A stretch of DNA of 64,000 bases from Candidatus Poribacteria bacterium (GCA_965218095.1 OZ244587.1:352001-416000), one strand, 5' to 3'; positions 39,829 to 50,770 are shown, counted from the stretch's first letter. A program made the numbers and translations. The notes: a model not told the origin generated them from the sequence alone.

Positions 39829-41043
39829 CTACCTATCTCCTTTTAAACTCTCCAACAACGTCTCTGCCAGCTTCGTTGCGAATGCATCGTCGTTGATGTG
39901 ATGATCCATCTCGATTACCGTGACGGCACCGGCGAGATTGGCTTTCAGGTTTTCGATCCACGCGGCTTCTGCTTCCGCTGAGTAGAACGGCTGGCCCTCC
40001 TGGTCGATCGCCGAAACACCCTGTTTCGGAATTATCACAGTTGTGGGGCCCTTGGCCTGGCTCAACTTCCGCCCCATAATTCTTCCCAGTTCCGCGTTTT
40101 CCGCAACAGTCGTTCGCATCAGCGTCACCGTTGGGTTATGTTGGTAGAACGTCCGATCCTTAAACTTGTCTGGCACGGTATCGGGTGGGCCAAAGTTGAC
40201 CATATCCAACGCCCCCGGTGCGACAACTTGTGGCACTCCGAGATTGCCCGCTGCTTCTAAGCGCTCTGGTCCCGCGCTCAACACCCCACCGACGAGCTCA
40301 TCGGCAAGTTCCGTCGTTGTGATATCGAGGACGCCGACGATGAATCCGCCCTTCACCAGATCTTCCATCGCCCGTCCGCCGGTACCTGTGGCGTGGAAGA
40401 CAAGCACTTCGTAACCTGCGTTCTCAAGGATTTCACGCACCTTCGTCACGCACGGCGTCGTCACGCCGAACATCGTGGCGCCAATCAGGGGTTTATCTTC
40501 CGCCACCGGTGCTTCCGCGTTCACCATACCGACAATTGCCCCCGCTGCATTTGTCAAAATTTGCCGAGACAGGCTGTTGATTCCAGCGATGTCTACGACG
40601 GAATACATCATCGAAATATCCTTCGTGTCTACATAGGGGCTTGTATCGCCGGAAGCGAGGGTCGAAACCATGACCTTCGGCACACCAACGGGCATGGCGC
40701 GCATCGCCGTCGTTCCGATTGTGGTTCCCGCCGAACCGCCGAGCGAGATTAAGCCATCAATTTTTCCGTCGCCGTGCAATTCCGACACAATCTTCGCTGC
40801 ACCTTGCGCCATGGTTGCCACACTTTTGCCGCGATCGCCTTCGTCTCGAAGCACCTGCAGCGACGTACCCCCTGCCACCGCGACCTCGCCGGCGGATATA
40901 TCAGGTTCAAAGTGGGGTTCTCCCAAGATGCCTGTGTTCACAACGAATGTCGAAGCGCTACTTGCTTCGATGCGCTCTTTGATAAACTGAAACTCCAAAC
41001 CTTTTGTGTCTAACGTACCAATGATACCGACTGTTTTTGCCAT
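39829..41043 (-). CDS. Tm-1-like / UPF0261 ATP-binding protein
   Basis: GTLDTKG.E, GVPKVMVST, VVDIAGIN, MFGVTT, VFHATGTGG, DMVNFG. Confidence 0.93.
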   Translation of the reverse strand: MAKTVGIIGTLDTKGLEFQFIKERIEASSASTFVVNTGILGEPHFEPDISAGEVAVAGGTSLQVLRDEGDRGKSVATMAQGAAKIVSELHGDGKIDGLISLGGSAGTTIGTTAMRAMPVGVPKVMVSTLASGDTSPYVDTKDISMMYSVVDIAGINSLSRQILTNAAGAIVGMVNAEAPVAEDKPLIGATMFGVTTPCVTKVREILENAGYEVLVFHATGTGGRAMEDLVKGGFIVGVLDITTTELADELVGGVLSAGPERLEAAGNLGVPQVVAPGALDMVNFGPPDTVPDKFKDRTFYQHNPTVTLMRTTVAENAELGRIMGRKLSQAKGPTTVIIPKQGVSAIDQEGQPFYSAEAEAAWIENLKANLAGAVTVIEMDHHINDDAFATKLAETLLESLKGDR

Positions 41044-41214
41044 TGATATTTTCCTCCATTAGTTTGAAGATGATTGGTGACAAGAGGAAGAAAAGGAAGA
41101 TTGGAAGGAAATCTCCTGCTGTTCTTCCATTCCTTTCCATCCCATCAATTACGGGTCAGAAGATTGGTGAGGAAATGATAACCTGGCAGCTACCTTCACC
41201 AATTCGCCGTTTTG

Positions 41215-43656
41215 TCAAATCACATAGACCTCCTGCGGTTCAGAGAGCTCTACTAACACATACCCATTCACCTTGAGAAACTGCCCGCTGACCATCGCAA
41301 TCCACTGCGGTTCTCCTCGTGCGTCAAGACGGGTAAAAAGATATTCACCAACAAACTCCACATCTGGCGTGGACAGTGTGGCGAAACCATCGTCAGAGAT
41401 GAGTATGAGATCAGTGTACTGCCCGTGCGTTACAGTGAAACCCGTCGCCAGTACATCCGCATCCGTACTCACTTCCATTGGCTTGACCGCTGGCGCCACT
41501 TCTTCCTCCGGACGGAGGCAAAACAGTACAGCGTTCATGACCGCCGGTAGTGAACAAGTCTTTGCGTAAGTGAGATCATAGGAAGGGATTTTGCCGGATA
41601 CCCCGGTCCATCCGGCAACTGGATCTGTTTCGCCGCACCGCAATTGCGCCTCCAGATCTGAACCATCCACCGGCGCAATCACGATGTTGCTCAACTCCGG
41701 TGCAGCCGTGCGGACAACGCCGTTTCCCATAATTTCTACATCTGCCGCGCTACCCGCCGGCACGGGTGCAATATGGAAGATCTGCTCAAGCAAATGCTCG
41801 CCTTCGCCTAAAACCAAATCGTGCAAGATGAAGTATTCGCCGTTGGTTGGGTGGGAACTTTGCGCCCTCCCCTTGACGTAGAAGATCGATCGCTTATGTT
41901 GGAGTTCAAGATCGAGACTCGAACCGTCTTCTCCCGCATAGCCCTCCTTATACCAGCCTTCCACAAAATCGAACGATGGCGTCGTCAGCCAGCGTGTATT
42001 CGGATCGGGTGTGATTTCCTCATCCGTCATGAAACGGCGGCACTGCCCTTTCCCATCAATCATCAGGCTGTTGTGCCCGCAAGTGGATCGAAAATAGCTC
42101 TCGAAATCATCATCACCCTGACAGACGCCGGGGTCAATAATCAGCGGACACCCGTAAGCGTAGAGGATAAAGTTGAGTTTGTCCTCATGCAGATGCTCCG
42201 AGCCCCTTAGCTTGCACAAAGATCCAAAGTAGCCCCCATCAAACACAAGGTACTGAGCGTCTGCACCCCAGTGATCCCGCATCACGTAGTAACCGGCATA
42301 AGGAAAGGCGTACGAAGTTTCGATGGGCAGTGTTCCAGCCTTTCCTTCCGACGCCATGTAGTGGAAGTCCTCCCGGTTGAACAAGTCGTGACCAACGCGG
42401 CAGGGCTCACGGACATCAATATAAGCCGTGCAATCGCCCAGAAGCGGGAGATGATAATCGGGTTGGCTCAGGTACATAAAGACTTCGATGACCTTCTCAA
42501 ACAGATCTGTGAAATCCTTGGATTGAGTAGACGAGGCCGTATCGAAATCTTGAAGGAGATGCGGCTGCATCAGTTTGGCGATGCGGCAAAAGTTAGAAAG
42601 GTAAGTAAAGAAAAAGTGATGGGAACTGCTTGTGCATTCAGTTTGAAAACCATCGGGGAAAAAGCACCGATCGTGAATCCATTTGTAACGTCGCAGAGCA
42701 AGTTTGATGAGTTGTTCTCCATCCCGCCACTCCGGAAAGAGAAGCGCGGCAACGGCAAGTCTGCTAGTTTCCATTTGTGCAGAGCGAGCGGTTGATTGAT
42801 GACAGACAGTGTAGGCTGAGAGGTAGAGCGCATCCTCAAGGTAGGATTTTGCCATATCGGGTGTAATACGTGATGCGTCACAAGTTTCATCATCCCACAA
42901 TTTGAGGAGGTCGGCTTTCTCGCGGAGGAAATCAACGTAGGCGAACTTCGCCTCCTCGAGATTTCCTCGTTCTAAGTCAGACTTGACCGCTTCCAGGCCA
43001 GGGTAGTCCAGATTTAATTGATTGAAGAAGTCCTGATCTGTCAGCTTAAACCACGTCCGTTTCTTCCAGCGGAGGTCACGATGCAACGTTGCGTTATATC
43101 GGTCAATCGCTTCGTCAAGGATGGGCAGATCGAACGTGACCGCTATCTCAAACGCCGCATCAACGGGCTCGACGAGATGGGGATGGGAGCGCAAATCCTC
43201 AACAGCTTCAATCGCTTCCACGGTCTGCGAGAACCCCACAAGTCGCCATGCGGCAGACTGCGGGATCTCCCGACAGACGCAACCAACAAGCGCCAGTGCG
43301 GCTCCAGCTTGCAGTCGCTCACGAGCGTGAAGTGAACTGTGATATGTATACAGGTACTCCGCGTGTTCGAGGATAATCTCCGCAAGCGATTTCCACCCTG
43401 CCTCCAGCATCGTCGGTTCATGGGCAGCAACGGCGAATGCCTCAATGAGCCTCGCTGCAACAGATTCCAACCGCCAGATCGGGTTTCGATCCGCGTGCGA
43501 GACGGGTGTCGGATTGAGGGTGGCAAAGCTGACCAACTCTTCAAAATCGGCGACGGGATCAAACCGATCAAGGATCGGCACATCCCGTTGAGCGAGGGTG
43601 CGAGCGAGGCTGTCAACCTGTTCTGGTGTAATTGTTGAGTAATCTTTAAGCGCCAT
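41215..43656 (-). CDS. Heparinase II/III-family polysaccharide lyase-like protein
   Basis: PDGFQ.E.T..SH, PLLGD, FPYAGYYVMR, HLHEDKL, IIDPG, T.GHNSLMIDG. Confidence 0.85.
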   Translation of the reverse strand: MALKDYSTITPEQVDSLARTLAQRDVPILDRFDPVADFEELVSFATLNPTPVSHADRNPIWRLESVAARLIEAFAVAAHEPTMLEAGWKSLAEIILEHAEYLYTYHSSLHARERLQAGAALALVGCVCREIPQSAAWRLVGFSQTVEAIEAVEDLRSHPHLVEPVDAAFEIAVTFDLPILDEAIDRYNATLHRDLRWKKRTWFKLTDQDFFNQLNLDYPGLEAVKSDLERGNLEEAKFAYVDFLREKADLLKLWDDETCDASRITPDMAKSYLEDALYLSAYTVCHQSTARSAQMETSRLAVAALLFPEWRDGEQLIKLALRRYKWIHDRCFFPDGFQTECTSSSHHFFFTYLSNFCRIAKLMQPHLLQDFDTASSTQSKDFTDLFEKVIEVFMYLSQPDYHLPLLGDCTAYIDVREPCRVGHDLFNREDFHYMASEGKAGTLPIETSYAFPYAGYYVMRDHWGADAQYLVFDGGYFGSLCKLRGSEHLHEDKLNFILYAYGCPLIIDPGVCQGDDDFESYFRSTCGHNSLMIDGKGQCRRFMTDEEITPDPNTRWLTTPSFDFVEGWYKEGYAGEDGSSLDLELQHKRSIFYVKGRAQSSHPTNGEYFILHDLVLGEGEHLLEQIFHIAPVPAGSAADVEIMGNGVVRTAAPELSNIVIAPVDGSDLEAQLRCGETDPVAGWTGVSGKIPSYDLTYAKTCSLPAVMNAVLFCLRPEEEVAPAVKPMEVSTDADVLATGFTVTHGQYTDLILISDDGFATLSTPDVEFVGEYLFTRLDARGEPQWIAMVSGQFLKVNGYVLVELSEPQEVYVI

Positions 43657-43916
43657 AATTCATGCATCGAAAAGCCATAGCTTTTTCTAATGCTTCTCTT
43701 ATTTCTTCTTTACCAAGATTTCAGCATATTTAATAGATTTAATGCCGGCGTGGTCTAAGAGCCTGAGATTTTTCTCAATGGATGTCGCAATTCAGTAGGA
43801 ATTATGCTCCGATGATAACATTGACGCAGAAAGATGTCAATCCGAAACCTGGATAGTATTTATAGACACTTTTCAGTCCTCTTACGCAATACGCATTACG
43901 TTTTACCCATCACGGT

Positions 43917-45041
43917 TTAGATATCTGCGACGGAGCCATCATCCTCATGCCGCCACATGTTGCGTAAACGAAACTCAGTGTGGGTACTCGCTTCAATCCC
44001 CGCTTCATCCAGCTCAATCCCCAATCCCGGTCCTGTCGGCAGATCGACATAGCCATCCCGAAAGGATAGTGGTTCTTTGAACAGCCCTTCTCCCGTGCCT
44101 CCGCCGAATTCCTGGATGAGAAAGTTGGGCGTAGCCGCCATCGCTTGAATCGACGCGGCGACTCCGACTGCCCCCGCCGCCGAGTGTGGCGCAAGGGCGA
44201 TGTAGTGAATCTCCGCAAGCGTCGCGATCTTCCGCATCTCCGAAATGCCACCGGCATGGCGAATATCGGGTTGCAGCACGGCAGCGGCTTTTTTCTCGAC
44301 AATCTCCCGGAAACCCCACCGCGTTGTATTCCGTTCTCCCGTCGCTATCGGCGTTGAAGTAGACCGTGCGATTGTCACCAGCACATCAACGTTTTCCGGA
44401 TGACACGGCTCCTCAACAAACAATAACCTAAACTGTTCAAGCTCCTTCAACATCACAATTGCCATCGCGGGGCTCAGGACGCGGTGAAAGTCGATCGCGA
44501 TATCTACTTCTTTCCCAACCGCATCTCGCATCGCCCCAATCTTCGCTACCGTTTCATCGACGACTTTCGGTGAGTCGATATAGCGAACACCTTTGGAGAA
44601 TGGCGTCGTTTTGATCGCCGTGAAGCCCTGCTCGACGCTGGCGCTGGCGCTCTGGGCGTACTCCTCTGGCGTCCGTCCGCCGGCGCCGCCGTAGACACGA
44701 AGCCGCTGCCGGCACGCTCCGCCGAGTAACTGCCAGATAGGAACGTTGAGGTGCCTCCCCATAATGTCCCACATCGCCTGCTCAAGGCCGCTCAGAGCGG
44801 ACAGCAAGATCGGCATCTGGCGGCTATAGCTCGATCGGAAGATTGCCTGCCAGTGATCTTCGATCTGAAGCGGATCTTTCCCGATTAGATATTCGCCCAT
44901 ATCAGCAATCGCCTGACTGACGACTCTGCCATGTTCGTAGTTCATCGGTTCGCCGTAGCCGACGATTCCCTCATCGGTGTACATCCGTAACAGTAAAGCG
45001 CGTTGCCGCAGCGGTGTGACTTTTAGCTCGGTAATTTTCAT
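43917..45041 (-). CDS. dgoD: Galactonate dehydratase-like enolase-family enzyme
   Basis: TDEGIVGYGE, IDFH, FVEEP, IATGER, LQPD, APH, FLIQE. Confidence 0.85.
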   Translation of the reverse strand: MKITELKVTPLRQRALLLRMYTDEGIVGYGEPMNYEHGRVVSQAIADMGEYLIGKDPLQIEDHWQAIFRSSYSRQMPILLSALSGLEQAMWDIMGRHLNVPIWQLLGGACRQRLRVYGGAGGRTPEEYAQSASASVEQGFTAIKTTPFSKGVRYIDSPKVVDETVAKIGAMRDAVGKEVDIAIDFHRVLSPAMAIVMLKELEQFRLLFVEEPCHPENVDVLVTIARSTSTPIATGERNTTRWGFREIVEKKAAAVLQPDIRHAGGISEMRKIATLAEIHYIALAPHSAAGAVGVAASIQAMAATPNFLIQEFGGGTGEGLFKEPLSFRDGYVDLPTGPGLGIELDEAGIEASTHTEFRLRNMWRHEDDGSVADI

Positions 45042-45104
45042 TAGTCCCTCCTTTTTCCGGGCAGCAACCTTGCGAAGGTTTGAAACCTTCGCAAGGTTAA
45101 AGTG

Positions 45105-46292
45105 TTACCAATTCACGGATCTGTCCTCCCACAAGTGCTTTTTGATCTCCTCCTCGTTCAAGTCAGCCCCCCAACCGGGCTTCGTGGGTATCGTCATGTA
45201 GCCGTCGATGATCTCCGGCGGATCGGTAACGAGATCATCCTTCCACGGCACGTCGTCAATGTCGATTTCCATGACTCGGACGTTGGGCAGGACAGCACAT
45301 AGGCTCGCACTCATGTATGTCGCTAGATGGCTGTAGTAGTTGTGGGGTGCGATATTGATTTGGTAGACTTCTGCAAGATCTCCAATTTTCTTCGACTGCG
45401 TGAACCCGTTCCATGGCACATCGATCATCATCACATCGGCGGCATGCAACTCGAAATAGGGGATGAACTCTCGCATGTAAAACAGATTTTCGCCGGTACA
45501 GATCCGAGTTGTTGTGGATTCCTTGATCTGCAGGATGGCCTCCGGGGCGTACATATCGATCTCAAGCCACTGGAGGTCGAATGGTTCCAGCGCCTTGGCG
45601 ATTCGCAGACATCCCTCCGTCTTAAAGTTGAAGTTGAGGTCCAGGCAGAGCCCTACATCTGGACCGACGGACTCTCGAAACATCCCCATGAGCGTTTCAA
45701 TGTGCCGCAACAACTCAGACGTGACGATCTGATCGGTTGTGCCGGATCCGCCGCCGAATCCGCTGAAGTACACCGACGCGGGCTCACCGGGCATCACGAT
45801 GTTGGTCTTGAGCGCGGTGAAGCCACGCTCTACCACCTCTCGTCCCAAGGCAGCAATATCGTCCATTGTTTTGAGCGGCGGCGTCCCCAGCAGGCCGTAG
45901 TGCCTGGCGCGTGTTGTTCCGCAGTGAGACCAGTAGAGGCGTACGTTGTGCCGCGTGGGGCCACCGAACAACTCAACGACAGAGATACCGAGCGCCTTCG
46001 CCTTGATGTCCACAAGGGCGCACTCAATTCCGGCGATGGCTTTGGCAGCAATACCGCCGGGACTCTGGCGCGTGCCCCGGATCATGTCCCAGAACCGCAT
46101 CTCAAAGGCCCTTGGATCCTCACCGATGAGCACCCGTTCCAAATCCTTGATTGTGCCAACGATCCCGTAAGGGGATCTGCCATCGCTGCACTCGCCGTAA
46201 CCGGTGATGCCCTCATCGGTCTCAACTTTGACAAACGTCCAGGGACGCCAGCCAGCATCCACGATAAATGTATCAATGTTGGTAATTTTCAT
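45105..46292 (-). CDS. Mandelate racemase/muconate lactonizing family enzyme
   Basis: VETDEGITGYGE, LDLNF, WLEID, ICTGEN, IAPHN. Confidence 0.92.
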   Translation of the reverse strand: MKITNIDTFIVDAGWRPWTFVKVETDEGITGYGECSDGRSPYGIVGTIKDLERVLIGEDPRAFEMRFWDMIRGTRQSPGGIAAKAIAGIECALVDIKAKALGISVVELFGGPTRHNVRLYWSHCGTTRARHYGLLGTPPLKTMDDIAALGREVVERGFTALKTNIVMPGEPASVYFSGFGGGSGTTDQIVTSELLRHIETLMGMFRESVGPDVGLCLDLNFNFKTEGCLRIAKALEPFDLQWLEIDMYAPEAILQIKESTTTRICTGENLFYMREFIPYFELHAADVMMIDVPWNGFTQSKKIGDLAEVYQINIAPHNYYSHLATYMSASLCAVLPNVRVMEIDIDDVPWKDDLVTDPPEIIDGYMTIPTKPGWGADLNEEEIKKHLWEDRSVNW

Positions 46293-46309
46293 AAAATTTG
46301 TCCCCTAAA

Positions 46310-47017
46310 TTATAACTGTCTTTTGGCTAGTATTATATCGTCCACTGATTCAGCCTCTGTTTTATAAACATCAAATTCCGTTATGTTGTTGTTTCTTATT
46401 CCGATTTGGTATTCTATTCCTCCACGATGCTAGTGGCTTAAGAACCTATTTGTTTTGACCTCTTCATTCGACATCACCCAGTAGATGATTCTATTGACCC
46501 ATACCCCTATGAACACAAACACCTCACAAATATCCAACTTTAGCTGCTGAAAATTCATCCAAAACGGATCATCAGAACCATAGCGCAATGCTTTGGAGGC
46601 CAGGTTTCCCCGTTTTTTTGTATGTGTTGCTCGTGATGCCTTAACTTCGACGCGTATTCCATCTAGCCATAGATCGTACTGTCCTTCATAATCTGGGTCA
46701 AGAGAACGGTTGGGCTTACGAAATCTATGATCCAAGTCCTTCAAGTGTTCCTCACCCCAAACACCCCCAAAAATCCGTGGAGCCAGCCCGAAAAGATCTA
46801 AGTAACGATTCGCTGATACATAATTATCCCTTAGCTCCTCGTAATCACCGAAAGTAATCACACGGCGATCTACGAGGAATGTTAGGATGTATTCGTATTC
46901 ATTAAACGGAAACACAGATATCAAACCTCTCAACCGACTTTTCAAAACCTGCCGTTCTTCCTGCTTTAGAGAATCGGATAACCGATCAATATACGTCCGT
47001 AACTGCTGTAGATTCAT
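46310..47017 (-). pseudogene. Putative type II restriction endonuclease with in-frame amber stop
   Basis: YDLW..GIRVEVKASR (PD-(D/E)xK-like) and NFQQLK. TAG at 46430-46432 is followed by 39 more codons (HRGGIEYQIGI...) to TAA at 46310. Confidence 0.75.
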
Positions 47018-48048
47018 TAAATATTTACCTCATCCTCTAGTTCTGGAAACGGATTATGCCATTGCCAACCTGTCTTCCCGGAATCACGATAACGTTCCAA
47101 CCGCCGAATGGTCAACTCCGCAAAAATCGGATCGATGTCAAAAGCGTATATCTTTCTATCGAGCCGTTCCCCAGCTACCAAGGTTGTCCCAGAATGGGCA
47201 AAAAAATCCACAACGACCTTCCCTGCTTCGCTACTCGATTGAAGGATGCGCTCGATCGCTTTCAACGGCTTCTGTGCGTAACAACCCGGCACATTTTCTT
47301 CCATGCGATAAAAGACTTGCTGGATGTCAACCCACACATTTCCAGGACGTATCGTCTCTGATTTGCTTCGCTCCAGGTTTTCCGTGATTCGCCCATCTAC
47401 CTCTTTGTAGTAGCCACGCAGAATCTTGGGGATATCCGTGTAGACAACCGTAAATCTTGGATCGCCTTGTGTGTAGTGCAGAAGTTCTTGGCGAACCCAC
47501 ATCCAGTTTTTCTGTGTACCATAGCCCCTTTGATTTCTCATGGTTATGAAGTTCCTCGGTTGAAGCGCTTGAAATTCTCGCATCATAATCATGAAATCTG
47601 GCAAAGGCTGGAAACCCTCCCGGTAGTCAGCGCCGATCCAAATATACAGATGGGCATTCCGGTCTAAGCACTCAAGGGCATTTCTCACCCATGTTCTGGA
47701 GAAGTCTATATACGAATCAATGTTGATCTTCGACAGGCTTTTCGTATTCGCGGCGCCGACAGCGACATTGTAAGGTGGGTCATTGATGATTAACGATGTT
47801 TTCTCATCGCCCATAATCGTTTCCAGGTCGTCACGATTGGTGGCATCCAGGACACCGACCCGATGACCGCACACCGGGTCACGCCAAATCTCGCCATATC
47901 CCAGCCGACAAAAGGGGGTTAACCGTTCTCTTAATTCGGGCTGAGTGTCAAGCCTTTTGAGTCGCTCTGATGTGGCGTCTTTTTTTGAATTATAGTGGTT
48001 CTGATCCTGCTTCATTAGAAAAAGCTGGCCTTGTTCAGGTGATTTCAT
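47017..48048 (-). CDS. Beta-class N6A/N4C DNA methyltransferase
   Basis: DPPY precedes QKP and DFFAHSGTT; overlaps the endonuclease start. Confidence 0.92.
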   Translation of the reverse strand: MKSPEQGQLFLMKQDQNHYNSKKDATSERLKRLDTQPELRERLTPFCRLGYGEIWRDPVCGHRVGVLDATNRDDLETIMGDEKTSLIINDPPYNVAVGAANTKSLSKINIDSYIDFSRTWVRNALECLDRNAHLYIWIGADYREGFQPLPDFMIMMREFQALQPRNFITMRNQRGYGTQKNWMWVRQELLHYTQGDPRFTVVYTDIPKILRGYYKEVDGRITENLERSKSETIRPGNVWVDIQQVFYRMEENVPGCYAQKPLKAIERILQSSSEAGKVVVDFFAHSGTTLVAGERLDRKIYAFDIDPIFAELTIRRLERYRDSGKTGWQWHNPFPELEDEVNI

Positions 48049-48073
48049 TTACAATCTCCGATCTTGGGAGAAC

Positions 48074-49087
48074 TTACAACCGTTGAGGCTGACCTGTCTT
48101 TATCGACTCAATCGCCTTGACCCCAATCTTCGTCGCTCGCACGCCGTCTTTCACTTTTGCGGCGTTCACGGGATCGATGCCCTTCCCAACCCAATCGATT
48201 AACGCCTGCATCTGATCGACATAGCCGTGCGCCGCGCTGCTGTTGCGGTAATCGGGTGGGAGGTCATCTATCGTAAATTCAGCAGGCTCCACGCCCCAAA
48301 ACTTAATCGCGGGGGTTCCATAGTAGTCGTAGAGCGTTGCGGTCTTCGTTCCACCGAACAACTCGTAGAACGCTTTTCCTGCCAACGCCGGCGCTCCGAA
48401 GTCTCCATTGATGGCGCTCGTCACGCAGCCATTGGCAAACCGAATCGTTGCAACGATGCTGTCGGTGATCTCTGAAATCTTCGGGTGTGTGAAGTTGCCA
48501 CCCTCTGCATAGACGGTGACAGGTTCAGCCCCGGCAAGCCAGGACATGGCATCGAACAGATGACAGCCTTGCGAAAGGATGTTGCCGCCGCCTTCGACCG
48601 GATGGTTTGCCCAACTGTTGTCGCCCCACCGCGAATCCACAAGTTGCCCGACAATCACCAGCGGTTCCGGAATGACCTCTTTCAGTTTGGTAATGAACGG
48701 CGAAAATCGCGCTTGAAATCCAACCATCAACTTCACGCCTGCACGTTCTACTGTCGCCTCGATCTGCTCGCACGCCTTAACCGTCAGCGCCAGCGGCTTT
48801 TCGACGAAAATTTGCTTACCTGCTTCTGCGGCTTGAATTGCGAGAGGAACATGCAAATCGTGGTGGGTACAGATTAGCACAACGTCAATCTGATCGTCGT
48901 TGAAAAGAGTCTGCGTATCGGTTGTGCAATAGTCACAGCCAAATTCGCTTTGTAGTTTTTGGGCGGCTTCCTGGCGGACATCGGCAAATCCTCGCAGATG
49001 CGCCCCTTCGATGTCGGAGAGACTTCGGGCGTGGTGCCCCCCCATCCCGCCGCAGCCGATAATACCGACTCCAACTTTGTCTGACAT
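48074..49087 (-). CDS. Gfo/Idh/MocA oxidoreductase
   Basis: GIIGCGGMG, FVEKPLA, GFQARF, GCHLFD. Confidence 0.93.
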   Translation of the reverse strand: MSDKVGVGIIGCGGMGGHHARSLSDIEGAHLRGFADVRQEAAQKLQSEFGCDYCTTDTQTLFNDDQIDVVLICTHHDLHVPLAIQAAEAGKQIFVEKPLALTVKACEQIEATVERAGVKLMVGFQARFSPFITKLKEVIPEPLVIVGQLVDSRWGDNSWANHPVEGGGNILSQGCHLFDAMSWLAGAEPVTVYAEGGNFTHPKISEITDSIVATIRFANGCVTSAINGDFGAPALAGKAFYELFGGTKTATLYDYYGTPAIKFWGVEPAEFTIDDLPPDYRNSSAAHGYVDQMQALIDWVGKGIDPVNAAKVKDGVRATKIGVKAIESIKTGQPQRL

Positions 49088-49211
49088 GATATCTCCTTCT
49101 CTTTCCTTGATGATTCACTGAATGATGGATATTATGGCAATGAGAGATGTAATGCTCATTCTATTGCGTATTACATATTACGTGAAATTTTCACAGTCCA
49201 CGTTTCACGCA

Positions 49212-50636
49212 TCACCAATACGTATACAAAATAACCTCAAACAAAATCAATTGAAGGCACAGCAGTCCCGCAACCCAATAAAAATCCGCCAAACGTCGTT
49301 GACTGAGATACTTCGCCACGGGAATCACAATAAACGGCGCCATGAAGATCCAGATCCGCTCGACCTCCATCGTGAATAGGGTAGAAAAGGTAATCACGAG
49401 CAGCGAAATCAGATAGCCAATGACGTAGATATCGATCGCCTCCCCGCTCCGAGCGTCTCGAATCGCCCTCACGACCTGCCGCAGCCACACGGTTGTCATT
49501 GGCATGCCAATCCCGATCAGGAGGGCGAACAGATTTGCAATGCTCAAGTGGACGTAAAGCCCAATCGTTTCGTATCCTGTTCCTAGTGCAGCTTCGTCTT
49601 TTTTAATGGATACCTGCATGGCCTCAAGCAGATTGAACCCTGTGAGCAGAAACATCAACAGATAAAACACGACGAAGGTGACACCCGATATCGATAACAG
49701 TATCAATATACTCTTGAATCGCTCCCGATCCACTATCAGGGTAAGCAGCGCCACAACACTGAAAAATACGCCGATGCACACGGTTGCATAGGTCATCAGC
49801 ATGCTAAATCCAAGTGCGAGTCCGGTTAAGGTCGCGTAAAATACCATTCGGTCCGAGAAGATAGCCTTGTAGAACAGGTAAACACTCAAAATCGGGAAGA
49901 CGCTGAACGGCCCATCCATTGACGTCGTCGTAAACATGACGAAGTTGGGCATGATCAGGAACAGCGCGAGGGCGTATCGTCCGACCGATTCATTATACAG
50001 TTCTTTTGCAAGCAGGTAGATCGGTATCACCACTAGGCTCGTAAAGCCAATTGACCCGAGTGATGCGGATAATAGATTATATCCGAAGATCTTGCTAACA
50101 AGCCACAGAAACAACACACCACCGGGCGGATGGGTTTGTGTGTGTCCTGACAACGTTGAAAATAGTTTCGGTTTGGCATAATCTCGGAGGAAGGATTGGA
50201 CGCCAACTTGATTAACCTTTGGCACATCGCCGTAGTATTCGTGTCTTGTCCGCGTATACGGTTCGAGGAATGCAGGCGCCTGTCGTCCGTCTACTCCTCG
50301 ATAGCCATCAATCATTGCGATGCTGATGCCAATGATGAGAAAGAAGGCAATTGAACTTACGAGGAGCCTGACGATGGACATAGTTTGTTTGAGAAAGATT
50401 CTGCGACAGAGGAAAAGGAATCCGATGAGAACAATCAGCGCGGGAAGTATCCACAAGCTCAAACTGGTTTGAGGCATCGCATAGAGGGGAACCAGATGGC
50501 GATGAAATTTTACTGCTCCAAGATTAATTGAAGCCGCTCTCATCCAGTAAGCGAGAAGTTTGTGGTAGAGAAAGAAGAAGAGGGAGAAGCAGAGGCATTG
50601 GATCGGAATGGATTGGAATAGCTGTGGGTTTGACAT
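49212..50636 (-). CDS. GT-C (PMT/family 39-like) membrane glycosyltransferase
   Basis: About 12 TM segments, THPPG, EVERIW. Real start is likely MSNPQ at 50636, because the upstream extension is intron sequence. Confidence 0.8.
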   Translation of the reverse strand: MSNPQLFQSIPIQCLCFSLFFFLYHKLLAYWMRAASINLGAVKFHRHLVPLYAMPQTSLSLWILPALIVLIGFLFLCRRIFLKQTMSIVRLLVSSIAFFLIIGISIAMIDGYRGVDGRQAPAFLEPYTRTRHEYYGDVPKVNQVGVQSFLRDYAKPKLFSTLSGHTQTHPPGGVLFLWLVSKIFGYNLLSASLGSIGFTSLVVIPIYLLAKELYNESVGRYALALFLIMPNFVMFTTTSMDGPFSVFPILSVYLFYKAIFSDRMVFYATLTGLALGFSMLMTYATVCIGVFFSVVALLTLIVDRERFKSILILLSISGVTFVVFYLLMFLLTGFNLLEAMQVSIKKDEAALGTGYETIGLYVHLSIANLFALLIGIGMPMTTVWLRQVVRAIRDARSGEAIDIYVIGYLISLLVITFSTLFTMEVERIWIFMAPFIVIPVAKYLSQRRLADFYWVAGLLCLQLILFEVILYTYW

Positions 50637-50692
50637 CGTGGAAAGGTATACCTTGAATGGGGATTGTAACCTTTGAAAAGTTGTCTTATTTT

Positions 50693-50770
50693 GTAGGGTA
50701 GGAGAATGTCCCTCGCGGGACACCTCCCCCCTCCGAACCGTGTGCACACTTTCACGGCACACGGCTCTCC
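50693..50770 (-). mobile_element. Group II intron 3' remnant (domains V-VI)
   Basis: GAGCCGTGTGCCGTGAAAGTGTGCACACGGTTCGGA (DV with AGC triad) followed by a DVI hairpin ending CCTACCCTAC. Confidence 0.88.

Noticed and set aside
45327-46367. 346-aa plus-strand ORF
   Set aside because: Antisense shadow of the mandelate racemase-family gene, with no recognisable motifs.
181-46432. Repeated in-frame TAG codons as evidence of amber recoding or pyrrolysine
   Set aside because: The TAGs replace different expected residues (Trp in the WD40 and enolase genes, probably Gln in the REase). Some occur in genes that also have frameshifts, and TAG is the normal stop of several intact genes.
50637-50762. 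N-terminal extension of the glycosyltransferase ORF
   Set aside because: It is a translation of intron DV/DVI sequence.
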